Shown one piece after another: positions 1-8,853 of a stretch of 64,000 bases of DNA. The translations under genes were made by a program, and so were the position numbers. The notes under the pieces are model-generated. The model searched no databases. It was not told the origin of the DNA and saw nothing but the letters and a program-made list of their open reading frames with translations. This DNA is from Bacteroidales bacterium. GTDB lineage: Bacteria > Bacteroidota > Bacteroidia > Bacteroidales > VadinHA17. Within the stretch, counting starts at the first letter, position 1. Every line of letters starts with the position of its first letter. Location of the stretch: positions 2,227 to 66,226 of the forward strand of contig JBFYPG010000116.1 in assembly GCA_041303415.1 (NCBI GenBank), in the 5' to 3' direction.

Positions 1-325
1 ATGGAATATGGATCGGCAGTCCCCAATGGTCATTCTCCATCTTAATGCAGACAAAGCTTATCTTTCGGTCATTCGGTGAGCTGACGGCAGAAATCATATT
101 CTGAAAGATTATTTCAAAGCCATCAGGGGTTATCAGGAGTTTCGACTGGACTCCATCTATTGATACAATACCGGGTGCAAAAATCTCCGGTATTTTTCCT
201 GGTACTTTTTGACCCAGGTATGGTCCTTCAAGTCCGGAAGTCACCCGGGTACAAGAATCAGTCTGCTGAGCATTTGCTATTGAACAACAGGCTAAAAGAA
301 CTAAGTACTTCAGGAGTGTTTTCAT
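1..325 (-). CDS. PD40/TolB-like beta-propeller secreted protein, N-terminal part (runs off the left edge of the window)
   Basis: Hand translation from ATG 325: MKTLLKYLVLLACCSIANAQQ...EGPYLGQKVPGKIPEIFAPGIVS. It has a signal peptide and the GPYLGQKxPGxxPEIFAPG opening typical of Bacteroidota PD40 proteins. Absent from the ORF track because it has no stop in the window. Confidence 0.8.
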   Translation of the reverse strand, partial: MKTLLKYLVLLACCSIANAQQTDSCTRVTSGLEGPYLGQKVPGKIPEIFAPGIVSIDGVQSKLLITPDGFEIIFQNMISAVSSPNDRKISFVCIKMENDHWGLPIHIP

Positions 326-368
326 TTTGGCACTTATACTTATTATTGTTGTAAGCAGGAATTGTGAC

Positions 369-860
369 TTATTCATTCGCAAACGAAAAATGCTGCTGGA
401 CAACAATCCATTTCCCATTACGCTTTTCCAGCACTCCTGTCCACCTGGCATTCTCCCAGCTGGCAGGCTCTCCTTTCCATTCGTTTATATCATCAAGATA
501 GCAGAAGAACCATGCCACATCCTTCTTTTGTGAAAATCGGATATGCAAATCACGCAATTCATGCCTTATTGCCTTGAAATGAGGGCTTCCCCAGAAACCG
601 GAATCTTTCCTTACTTCATTAAACCCGAATTTCACTCTTTCGTACGGAGTTACACTGATGAAATCAGAGTCATTTGCAATGGTCCCGTAAAACAGATCAA
701 AATCCTTATTAATAGTCCAGCTGAAAACATTATCAAGTGATTGTTTCACAAGCTGAATTTCCCTGTCTTCATTGAAGTCATCTTCAGATACTTTATTATA
801 ACATGATGAATATATCATCATGATTAAGAACAACATGCTAATCTTTCTTATTCTATTCAT
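369..860 (-). CDS. NTF2/SnoaL-like family lipoprotein
   Basis: ORF 369..905; ATG 860 avoids overlap and gives a lipobox (IYSSC). Carries DVAWFFCYLDD and TGVLEKRNGKWIVVQQHFS, typical of SnoaL_3-like proteins. Confidence 0.8.
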   Translation of the reverse strand: MNRIRKISMLFLIMMIYSSCYNKVSEDDFNEDREIQLVKQSLDNVFSWTINKDFDLFYGTIANDSDFISVTPYERVKFGFNEVRKDSGFWGSPHFKAIRHELRDLHIRFSQKKDVAWFFCYLDDINEWKGEPASWENARWTGVLEKRNGKWIVVQQHFSFANE

Positions 861-870
861 CACCAGGTGT

Positions 871-1689
871 TTAATTACCGTTTTGAACCGGTTTCCTATA
901 TCCAAGGGATCCTCTTGTAGTAATGAGCAGGATTACAGCAATCAGCAGGTATACAATTGTTTTGATCAGAGTGAATTCATCAGCAATGGAATCAAAGACT
1001 TTTGTTTCCATCGGGAAGTACCTGAAAACAACATTTGTCCCGGCATGTAACAGCATAACAGGGATGATGCTTTTCCGCGACCTGTAATACAACCAGGTCA
1101 GTATCATTGAAAGCGGTATGCAATAGATTAACAGCCAGATGAACGGTTGATCATTTCCACCCCAGCCCTCAAGGAAATACATTGGCAAATGCCATACTGC
1201 CCAGCCTATGCCAACAATTGTGCAAACGAATACAGGATGGAATTTTTGCATAAGTACCGGTGTAATATAACCTCTCCATCCCGGCTCTTCATTGCCGCCT
1301 GTCAGAAGCGTTGTAGATATCAGATAGATAAAGTAAATAAGCCACTCAGGACCAAATTCAATGCCTGATTTACCTCCAAATGCCAGGTAAGTCAGATGAT
1401 GGACTGCTGCAATTAAAAATGGCAGGATAATCCCTCCCAGAAGATACCAGATAGCATTAATCCTGAAATTGAATGTGATTTTAAGCCAATCCTTAAGACC
1501 TGATCCTCCACTTGTTATTCTTAAAATAATAAGAGCTGCAATGAAAGGACCAAAACCTCCCATAATGACTGTAATAATTGTCAGGTTATCAGGAAGAAGA
1601 ACTTTGCCCAGGCTCCAGATCGGCCAGCTTATGAGATATGCCAGCAAGAAATAGAACCACCAGCTGTTTTTTGAAAGAAACTTTTTCAT
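871..1689 (-). CDS. CPBP (CAAX/Abi) family intramembrane metalloprotease
   Basis: EEPGWRG, WAVWHLP and LLHAGTN motifs; multiple TM helices. Confidence 0.92.
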   Translation of the reverse strand: MKKFLSKNSWWFYFLLAYLISWPIWSLGKVLLPDNLTIITVIMGGFGPFIAALIILRITSGGSGLKDWLKITFNFRINAIWYLLGGIILPFLIAAVHHLTYLAFGGKSGIEFGPEWLIYFIYLISTTLLTGGNEEPGWRGYITPVLMQKFHPVFVCTIVGIGWAVWHLPMYFLEGWGGNDQPFIWLLIYCIPLSMILTWLYYRSRKSIIPVMLLHAGTNVVFRYFPMETKVFDSIADEFTLIKTIVYLLIAVILLITTRGSLGYRKPVQNGN

Positions 1690-1738
1690 TTTTAAATCAT
1701 TTAATACAATCGGAAATTAGCATCTCGAATTTCTTAAT

Positions 1739-1771
1739 ATGATTGAAAATGAATCAGATGCAATTTACGAA
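1739..1771 (-). promoter_or_regulatory. 33-bp leader/promoter motif, copy 1 (50 bp upstream of the CPBP gene)
   Basis: ATGATTGAAAATGAATCAGATGCAATTTACGAA, 31/33 identical to 3676..3708. The minus strand contains CGTAAATTGCA, resembling a Bacteroidota -7 box. Confidence 0.5.
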
Positions 1772-1806
1772 ACGTTCAGGAGAGTTTGCAGGATAACAAT
1801 TGTTTC

Positions 1807-2016
1807 TTACAACCGGCAATTCCCTTGTAAATGAAGATTCGAAATGCTAAAGAACAGATATCTCCCGACGACTGTTAAAAAGGGCTTCTGGCTGATATTG
1901 CTTTTAATGATCTCTCTGAGATTCCGGCTGGAAGTCCATGTCCCGTCTTTCGTCCGATTGCTGATATAGAGTTTGGCCTCTTCCTGACTTCGGGTAAAAG
2001 AAGAGATCTTCTGAGT
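1807..2016 (-). pseudogene. C-terminal remnant of a PD40-family gene
   Basis: The frame continuing after the stop of 2017..2430 reads KLYISNRTKDGTWTSSRNLREIIKSNISQKPFLTVVGRYLFFS, a degenerate PD40 unit (DLYISF..DGTW...NLG..INS...SPDGKYLFF). No start codon. Confidence 0.65.
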
Positions 2017-2430
2017 TCAACTTCCTTTTTTGCGCGGCAGAAGCACGAACAGGATCCCTAACGTAATGGCGTGGAATACCACTTGGCCGTAGTGCATCGT
2101 CTGCTCGCTTGGACTGGAAGCAAAAGATTCCCCGAAGAGCAGGAACGGTACTGCCTGAAAGAGTACCACCATTGCCAGCCAGAATACTACTGCCCAAAAC
2201 ATGGCCTTCCAAAGACCCCAGGCCAGGACCAGACAGATGGGCAACAACAGGAGATCGGCTACCCGGAAGTGCCAGGGTTTAACCACCCAGGTGCCGCCGA
2301 TGATGCCCATAATGCTGCCCAGATGGGACAAGGCACTTAAAAGCATCAGGATCGCAACGATTTTCAGGTAAATGGCTACACGGGGATGTGTAATCCCTTC
2401 TCGAATCCAGCTGAAAAATTTTGTTTTCAT
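2017..2430 (-). CDS. Hypothetical 4-TM membrane protein
   Basis: 137-aa ORF with four hydrophobic segments. GC was 52-60% in the two 60-nt lines I counted, higher than neighbouring genes. Confidence 0.7.
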   Translation of the reverse strand: MKTKFFSWIREGITHPRVAIYLKIVAILMLLSALSHLGSIMGIIGGTWVVKPWHFRVADLLLLPICLVLAWGLWKAMFWAVVFWLAMVVLFQAVPFLLFGESFASSPSEQTMHYGQVVFHAITLGILFVLLPRKKGS

Positions 2431-2532
2431 AATCTTTCCTTTTTATTTCTACTACAATTTTTGGTTTGGTAGTTTCATTCTGTTTGTTAAAGCCAAACTC
2501 AATTTTCTTTGCTTTCTATTCAATCAGGTCCT

Positions 2533-3117
2533 TTAATCATGGCTCCTGAACATCATCGGAACACCAAACACCCTCGGTGTTCCCCGCATGTACTTCTGAT
2601 AATCCTTACCATATTTATTCGAACAATGTCTCTCCTCAATAAGCGCCTCCTGATAAAAACAGAAAGTCATGATTATGCTTAATAAAATAAAAAACCATGA
2701 TAATGCAGCGATGCCGGCACCCAGACAGATTAATAAAGTGGCTAAATACATAGGATGCCGTGAAAACCGGTATGCCCCTGCTGTTATTAACTGATCTGCC
2801 GGTGCAACAATGAAGTTAAAAGTGGCAACAGACATCAGTATCAAACCAGGAACAAAAACAGATAAGCCAATATAAAACCATACAGTATTGATCAGGAGGG
2901 GTAAGAAAACAGAATAGCACAGAGCTAATAACCAGATGAAATTACCAATGAAACTGATATATCGCTCATACTTTCTCTTTCTCGCCTCGTCGGGGATATG
3001 ACTTCTTTCCATCACCCGTTTGCTTATCAGCATGATTGCAAACATCTGAATGATAAATGCACTCATGAACAGCCATGCGTTGCAGATACCTATTTTAAAA
3101 GCTGGCATTAAAAACAT
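2533..3117 (-). CDS. Isoprenylcysteine carboxyl methyltransferase (ICMT/PEMT) family membrane protein
   Basis: GAYRFSRHPMYL and EERHC..KYG.DY..Y...TPR motifs. Likely start is ATG 3117 (MFLMPAFKIGICNAW); the longer ORF picks up an unrelated N-terminus. Confidence 0.85.
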   Translation of the reverse strand: MFLMPAFKIGICNAWLFMSAFIIQMFAIMLISKRVMERSHIPDEARKRKYERYISFIGNFIWLLALCYSVFLPLLINTVWFYIGLSVFVPGLILMSVATFNFIVAPADQLITAGAYRFSRHPMYLATLLICLGAGIAALSWFFILLSIIMTFCFYQEALIEERHCSNKYGKDYQKYMRGTPRVFGVPMMFRSHD

Positions 3118-3132
3118 TTTGAAGTATCCTGT

Positions 3133-3264
3133 TTCCGGCTTCATTCCCGGCGGCTTCTGTCCGAGCCAGGGGCCGGTCAATGCATCAGTACATGTGTCAT
3201 ACTGTGCGTTTAATGCAATACTTATCAGGAACAGAAAGAAGGTTATGACAAATGTGGATTTCAT
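3133..3264 (-). pseudogene. N-terminal remnant of a PD40-family gene, fused in frame to the ICMT gene
   Basis: MKSTFVITFFLFLISIALNAQYDTCTDALTGPWLGQKPPGMKPE matches the N-terminus of the 1..325 gene, then similarity stops abruptly. Confidence 0.75.
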
Positions 3265-3271
3265 ATTAATA

Positions 3272-3463
3272 TTATTTTTCAGGCTTAAGTTTTTCCAGCA
3301 TTTCTTTCGCATTGTTATTCCCGGGATAAATTTCAAGTGCAAGTCTGAATACCTTTATTTATTAATTATTCATTCCCCTGTTCAGTAATGAATATCCAGG
3401 GCTGTTAAGGTCATTTTCTGAATAAGTCAATTTATTATCAGTCCTGGAATTTATTTTGCGGTA
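3272..3463 (-). pseudogene. Degraded C-terminal TPR domain
   Basis: YRKINSRTDNKLTYSENDLNSPGYSLLNRG, then a frameshift, then IKVFRLALEIYPGNNNAKEMLEKLKPEK*. Resembles the C-terminal TPR tails of Bacteroidota hydrolases. Confidence 0.6.
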
Positions 3464-3675
3464 TTAATATTCCGCTGATCTCCGTTCCTTTCTTCCCTGA
3501 TAAACAGGAACCTGTTGAATGTCATATTTTGATTGAAGAAGCTCTCAATTATACCGTACAGAATCTCCCTGTTCTGTCCGGTAAAAGGGTTTTCCAGGAT
3601 ATGTAATGGTCCTTTTCATACTAATCTGAAAGCATTAGGTTAAACATTGTAAGAAGTTGAATACAATTTCCCAAG

Positions 3676-3708
3676 ATGATTGAAAATGAATTAAATGCAA
3701 TTTACGAA
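3676..3708 (-). promoter_or_regulatory. 33-bp leader/promoter motif, copy 2
   Basis: ATGATTGAAAATGAATTAAATGCAATTTACGAA; see copy 1. Confidence 0.5.
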
Positions 3709-3783
3709 TTGTATGTATGAATTTCCAGTCTGCCTGAAGTGGCTACAGTACGTCTGACTGGTAAATGTATCTTATTTAAGGAA

Positions 3784-4842
3784 TTACTGAAGGTATTTTA
3801 AGGCTGGTAAAATATACGCTTCAAAAAGAAAAGGTCCGACAAGCGGTGTCCCGAAATTATTTTCGGTGAATGCGACTATCAGGTCATATTCCGGCAGAAT
3901 GTACATATACTGACCTCCGGCTCCCTGGGCTGATACTATTTTTGTGGTTTTTATATCGGTCACATTGATGTCCTTAATCCACCAGGAATATCCATAACTG
4001 AAATCGCTGAATGTGGTCTGAAAAGAGGGCTCACAGCTCTTCTTTATCCATTCTTCTGAAACAATACTTCCACCTTCCCATTTTCCGTTGTTGAGTACCA
4101 GGACACCTATCTTCAGCATGTCAACAGGTTTCAGGAACAATCCTCCGCCTGCATGGCAGAATCCTGTTGTATCTTTTATCCAGCGATATTCTCTGATGTT
4201 TAAAGGCTTGAACAAATATGTTTCTGCAAACCTGTCCAACGGCATCTCTGCAGTTTTTTCAATTATCCCGGCTACTATCATCGGCGATCCGCTGTTATAT
4301 TTGAATTCTGTAAATGGTTTTACAGACATAGGCCTTGATAACGCATACTTCACGTAGTTGCCGCTATAATTCATATTTATATTATTATTCCGCTGGTCAT
4401 TAAAAGGAAGCATTTCTTCCCATTCAAAACCTGCCGACATTGTCAATAAATCCCGTATTGTGATAAGTGACTTAAGGCTGTCTTCCTTTCCAAAATATTC
4501 AGGGAAGAAGAGAGACACCGGTTCATACTCACTTTTTACAAATCCCTTGTCAATAGCGATTCCAAGCAATAACGATACAATACTTTTAGTCTGTGACTGA
4601 ACCTGGTGAAGTGTTTGACCGGATACACCGTTATAATAATTAATATGTTTGTAACTACCTGCATGCCAGACAATAAAGCTCTCAAGGTTTCTGAATGAAG
4701 GAATAGAGCTGGTTTCAATCCTGTCCTCAGCTTTGATGATTGCGTTATCAAGAGCAGATAAACTGGTTTGGGCGACAAGATTTGACGATAGAAGTACTAT
4801 TAAAGCTGGTGTTATAACTGGCCTTCTCATTCTGCTTTTCAA
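3784..4842 (-). CDS. Serine hydrolase, beta-lactamase/AmpC-like family, secreted
   Basis: SxxK (SQTKS), YxN (FKYNSG), HAGGGL and GAGGQY motifs; signal peptide. Confidence 0.9.
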   Translation of the reverse strand: MKSRMRRPVITPALIVLLSSNLVAQTSLSALDNAIIKAEDRIETSSIPSFRNLESFIVWHAGSYKHINYYNGVSGQTLHQVQSQTKSIVSLLLGIAIDKGFVKSEYEPVSLFFPEYFGKEDSLKSLITIRDLLTMSAGFEWEEMLPFNDQRNNNINMNYSGNYVKYALSRPMSVKPFTEFKYNSGSPMIVAGIIEKTAEMPLDRFAETYLFKPLNIREYRWIKDTTGFCHAGGGLFLKPVDMLKIGVLVLNNGKWEGGSIVSEEWIKKSCEPSFQTTFSDFSYGYSWWIKDINVTDIKTTKIVSAQGAGGQYMYILPEYDLIVAFTENNFGTPLVGPFLFEAYILPALKYLQ

Positions 4843-4862
4843 TAGATAGACATTTTAAAAGT

Positions 4863-4898
4863 AAAGAAAAACCGCGAGAGTAAAATCATTCGCGGTTT
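4863..4898 (-). terminator. Intrinsic terminator-like hairpin after the S41 peptidase gene
   Basis: 9-bp stem AAACCGCGA/TCGCGGTTT followed by a T-rich tract on the minus strand. Confidence 0.55.
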
Positions 4899-4914
4899 AA
4901 TATGAATCTCTATC

Positions 4915-6186
4915 TCAATAAATGGTATTATATCTTTTTAAGATATTTATAGCAGTGTCAATCTGTGAATCGACACCTTTCAGCAGCATTTCACGGTCAA
5001 GCCCGACCTCTATATCCGGGACAACTCCATATCCTTCCAGTACCCGACCCTCCGGCGTGACTGGCTGAGCCACAGGATACATGAGAATTGATCCGTTCAG
5101 AAAAACCTTCATATCCGATTCCATTACTGCCCCGGGACTCTGCTCTCCGATAACAACAGCTCTCCCTGCTGCCTGAAGGCAGGCTGCGAAAAGCTCACAC
5201 GCTGAGCCGCTTAACTGATCAACAAGCAGGACGAGCGGGCCTTTGTAAGTCTCCTCAGCAGGATTGAAAAACATCTTTGTTTCTCCATTTCCGGACTTCC
5301 TGAGAAACAGCAATGATGTGTCATTAAGAAAAAGATCAGGCATCTCTTCAATTTCTCCACCGGCATTCCCGCGCAGGTCAAAAATTATCCCCTTTACATC
5401 TCCCATCGATTTAATGGCATTGGATATCTGAGGGGCAAGAGGCTGCTGGAAAGTGTTTAACTTTATATATCCGATCCCGTTTTCCAGAAGCTTTGATTCG
5501 AAATCCACTGCCAGGTAGAGCATACCTTTAGGCCCGAGAGCTCTTCCATTCCGTTTTATACGTATTAATGAAGTATCTTTTTCTTCTCCTCTGTCTTCTG
5601 AATATTTGATTGAAACCTGCGTACCCGCAGAACCATAAATGCGACTCAGAACTGCTTTAGTGAATATTCCTGTACATCCCCGGCAGTTATACGGAGGTCG
5701 CATCAGTAATTCTGCTTCCTGTATGATTTGCTCAACAGGGATTTCATCCACGGCCTGAATTACATAGCCGGGACGCAGACCTGCCTCCCATGCCGGAGAC
5801 CCGGATCTGACAGATATGATCACTGCCTCACCGTTCAGCAGGCGGAGGTCGAATCCCGGACTCCCCTCAGCACAAACCAGGGGTTCGGACCGTGCCAGAT
5901 TTCCCGGCGGTATTAAGTTTGCATGCGATACATTCAGCTCCCAAAGCATCCTGTTCACCAGCCTGTAAAAATCCTGGTCGTTCTCAGCACCCCTGATCTT
6001 TGGCAGATACCTGTCATGAATATCCTTCCAGTCAAGGCCACCAAATGCAGGGTCATAATAACTCTTATTGACCTTTTTCCAGACAGTCTTAAAGATTCTT
6101 TTATACTGCTTATTCTGACATGTACATGAAGTCATATCAATCAATAAGCAAATCAAGATTGACAGAACAATAATATTTCGTTTCAT
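4915..6186 (-). CDS. S41 family peptidase with PDZ domain
   Basis: PDZ (GSPAWEAGLRPG), DLRGNAGG, catalytic SGSACELFA and GVVPDI motifs. Confidence 0.9.
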   Translation of the reverse strand: MKRNIIVLSILICLLIDMTSCTCQNKQYKRIFKTVWKKVNKSYYDPAFGGLDWKDIHDRYLPKIRGAENDQDFYRLVNRMLWELNVSHANLIPPGNLARSEPLVCAEGSPGFDLRLLNGEAVIISVRSGSPAWEAGLRPGYVIQAVDEIPVEQIIQEAELLMRPPYNCRGCTGIFTKAVLSRIYGSAGTQVSIKYSEDRGEEKDTSLIRIKRNGRALGPKGMLYLAVDFESKLLENGIGYIKLNTFQQPLAPQISNAIKSMGDVKGIIFDLRGNAGGEIEEMPDLFLNDTSLLFLRKSGNGETKMFFNPAEETYKGPLVLLVDQLSGSACELFAACLQAAGRAVVIGEQSPGAVMESDMKVFLNGSILMYPVAQPVTPEGRVLEGYGVVPDIEVGLDREMLLKGVDSQIDTAINILKRYNTIY

Positions 6187-6258
6187 ATTCAGCCTCCTAT
6201 GATAATAAATTGATAATGAGTTCAGTTTTGATTGTTCCGGTCTGCTCAGCTGATGCTG

Positions 6259-6984
6259 TCATTTGAATTTTTCCCGGATCTTTTTATAGTACGACCTGCT
6301 TATCCTGAAGGGTTGAGATAAACCTTTAACAGTGATAAGAACCAGGTTAACAGACAACTGTTCGGTTTTTTCTATCGCATCAAAATTTATGATCGTGGAA
6401 CGGTTGATCCTTAAAAAGTGATTTCCGGGAAGCCTGTTTTCCCATTCTGTCATGGTTTTGGAATCGATAAATTCTTTGCCATTACCTGTACGGATCAGAG
6501 TATAATCACCCGCAGCAATTATTGTGGTTATTGTACTGATCTTTATGAAATTCAGGAAATTACCGCAGGGTAAAAGGAGCCGGTCAGTATACTTGTATTT
6601 AATATCCCTGGCAGGTTCTTCTCCGTTTTCTTTTTTATCCAGTCTCGAAATTGCTATATTAAGCTGCCTGTGAGATACAGGCTTCATAAGGTAATGGATT
6701 GCATTCACTTCAAAAGCCCTTAAAGCAAACTCATCGTATGCGGTAATAAAAATTATTTTGCCGGAAAATGATATTTTGTTAAGAAGATCAAATCCCGTTC
6801 CATCGCTGAGCTGAATATCGAGGAAAAGCAGATCGGGATTAAGACGGGATATCAGATTAATCGAATCAGCAACAGATTCCGCTTCGCCAATTATCTGAAT
6901 TTCCGGGTATCTTGCCAGCATATCCGAAAGAGTAGCTCTGGCAAGCCGTTCATCATCAATGATCAAAGCCCGGTATGTGTTCAT
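6259..6984 (-). CDS. LytTR family response regulator
   Basis: REC domain (IIDDE, FLDIQL, FITAY, YLMKP) plus LytTR domain (FLRINRSTIIN). Confidence 0.95.
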   Translation of the reverse strand: MNTYRALIIDDERLARATLSDMLARYPEIQIIGEAESVADSINLISRLNPDLLFLDIQLSDGTGFDLLNKISFSGKIIFITAYDEFALRAFEVNAIHYLMKPVSHRQLNIAISRLDKKENGEEPARDIKYKYTDRLLLPCGNFLNFIKISTITTIIAAGDYTLIRTGNGKEFIDSKTMTEWENRLPGNHFLRINRSTIINFDAIEKTEQLSVNLVLITVKGLSQPFRISRSYYKKIREKFK

Positions 6985-8036
6985 TTTTCCAGATTGATTG
7001 AAATAGAGACTCTGACAATTTTATCTCCTTTTTCAATTTCAAAGGTATGATTTCCCGGATATGCAGTAGCAAGCCTGTCGGTGACATTTTTTATGCCTGT
7101 TCCGCATTCTTCCGTTTCAGGGATCCAGCGCCCTGTATTTTCGATTTCCAGATGCAGTGCCTGATCATTAATAAAGGATCGTATTGCCATTGCAATTCCT
7201 GATGGAGAATCTTTCAGACCATGTTTTATTGCATTCTCGACAAACGGCTGGATAAGAAAGCATAATACCTGGATTTTGAGACTTTCAGCTGTATTCTCAA
7301 AGCTGTAGACAAGCCTGTTCTCAAACCTTATCTTTTCCAGAAGCAGGTATTTTCTTGCAATCTCAATCTCTTCATCCAGCGGAACAAATGTTTTATTATT
7401 GTGCTGAAGTGTGTACCTGAGGAAATCGGAGAATTCGGTGATCATCATTTCGGCTGATTCAGTTTCCCTCCTTATCAAAGCCCTTACGGAATTCAGGGTA
7501 TTAAACAGGAAATGAGGGTTTATCTGGTATCTGAGCATTTGAAGCTGTGCCTGTCGGGCATCAGCATCGGCCCTGCTTGCCCTGATCTTTTCCTCAACCA
7601 TACTTATCCAGAACTTGATCCCGAAGTAAAGTACACTCCAGACAAAGAAAGGCCATATCAGCGTATAAATTCTTTGCACCAGATATCCCGGTTCATAACT
7701 TGATATATTCTCTCCACCAGTAAGAGGTCTGCGGATAAATTCACCCACATATTGCCAGAGCAGTGCAGCAACAATGGACCCGGATATGATTAACAGGGCA
7801 GCTGTAAGTATATTCGATTTTTTCTTTAAAAAATACCTGTAATAAATTCTTAATCCAAAGGATATTACGAAGCCTAGCAGAAGACTTACCAGCCAGATCA
7901 TGAAATCTCCCGGACTTCTGGTGATATAGTCAAATTGGCTGATAAGTGCATCGGTAATCCCGAAGCCTATCCATCCCGATATCTGAAAGAACCAGAAACC
8001 CGGTTTAAATTCACTTTTTGTTTTAGAATCGGGCAT
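6981..8036 (-). CDS. LytS/YehU-type sensor histidine kinase
   Basis: QINPHFLFNTLN H-box, QPFVENAIKHG and GTGIKN motifs; four N-terminal TM segments; overlaps the regulator by 4 nt. Confidence 0.95.
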   Translation of the reverse strand: MPDSKTKSEFKPGFWFFQISGWIGFGITDALISQFDYITRSPGDFMIWLVSLLLGFVISFGLRIYYRYFLKKKSNILTAALLIISGSIVAALLWQYVGEFIRRPLTGGENISSYEPGYLVQRIYTLIWPFFVWSVLYFGIKFWISMVEEKIRASRADADARQAQLQMLRYQINPHFLFNTLNSVRALIRRETESAEMMITEFSDFLRYTLQHNNKTFVPLDEEIEIARKYLLLEKIRFENRLVYSFENTAESLKIQVLCFLIQPFVENAIKHGLKDSPSGIAMAIRSFINDQALHLEIENTGRWIPETEECGTGIKNVTDRLATAYPGNHTFEIEKGDKIVRVSISINLEK

Positions 8037-8231
8037 AACTTGTAAATGATAACTAAATTACAGAAATTTTACAGCTTCGCTGCGTCAGTCACACATTTAC
8101 TTGCTGATAGCTTGAAGCAATGAAAGTTCATCAGAAAAATACGAACAATAAAATACCCGCGCAAAGGAATTCGCTGAGAGGTATAAAGTGCCTTTAAGTG
8201 GTTAGTCTTGAGTGTTAAATGGGAAGGCCGG

Positions 8232-8783
8232 CTAATTTCCGGAGCTGTCCTTAAAGATATCTGAATAGAATCTCCTGACATAATTTTCAGGGATCTTATC
8301 GATGGGATATGCACCGTGCATCAGCACATGAACCCACCGGCCCTCTCTTTTCTCCAGAACTCCTGTCTGGAAGACATCTTTAAGGCAGGATTCTTTTTCC
8401 TTATATGAGCTGCAGTCATCCAGGAAACACGAGTACCAGGCAACATCGCCCGAACCGGAAAAAACTATCCGCAAATCCCTGAATGCAAAAGATGTACCGC
8501 GAAATTCGGGATCTTTCCATACCTCTGAGTGCTTTTTAAAGTCCTCCAGCCCTATGACCTTGCTATCTGAAAAGAGCCAGAAGTGGAACAGATCTTCTGC
8601 CCATAATTTATACATGGCTTCAAAATCTTTTTCAATGGCCCAGCCGATCGCCTGTTCGATGGCGTGCTTTACGGCTGTGTAATCGCCTGATGTGTCTGAC
8701 ACAGCTTTATTTTGTCCAATTGTTACATTCGAAAGGGATGCAATAATGATCACAATCGTCATTCTGGTCTTCACTGTTTTCAT
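8232..8783 (-). CDS. NTF2/SnoaL-like family secreted protein (paralog of 369..860)
   Basis: DVAWYSCFLDD and TGVLEKREGRWVHV motifs; signal peptide. Confidence 0.8.
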   Translation of the reverse strand: MKTVKTRMTIVIIIASLSNVTIGQNKAVSDTSGDYTAVKHAIEQAIGWAIEKDFEAMYKLWAEDLFHFWLFSDSKVIGLEDFKKHSEVWKDPEFRGTSFAFRDLRIVFSGSGDVAWYSCFLDDCSSYKEKESCLKDVFQTGVLEKREGRWVHVLMHGAYPIDKIPENYVRRFYSDIFKDSSGN

Positions 8784-8853
8784 TGTTATCTTTTTTAATT
8801 TGAGATATGCCGAAAAATGGATTAAATGTAATTCTGTTGTGTTGTTTTAAGAG

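Noticed and set aside
1904-2212. 102-aa minus-strand ORF
   Set aside because: Alternative frame overlapping the 4-TM gene and the PD40 relic; no recognisable features.
3464-3620. 55-aa frameshifted ORF (MK-GPLHILENPF...)
   Set aside because: Requires an assumed 1-nt indel and has no recognisable motif; may be part of the TPR relic.
6190-6258. LytTR direct-repeat operator before the S41 gene
   Set aside because: GTTCAG/GCTCAG-like units are 24 bp apart and poorly matched; too weak to call by eye.
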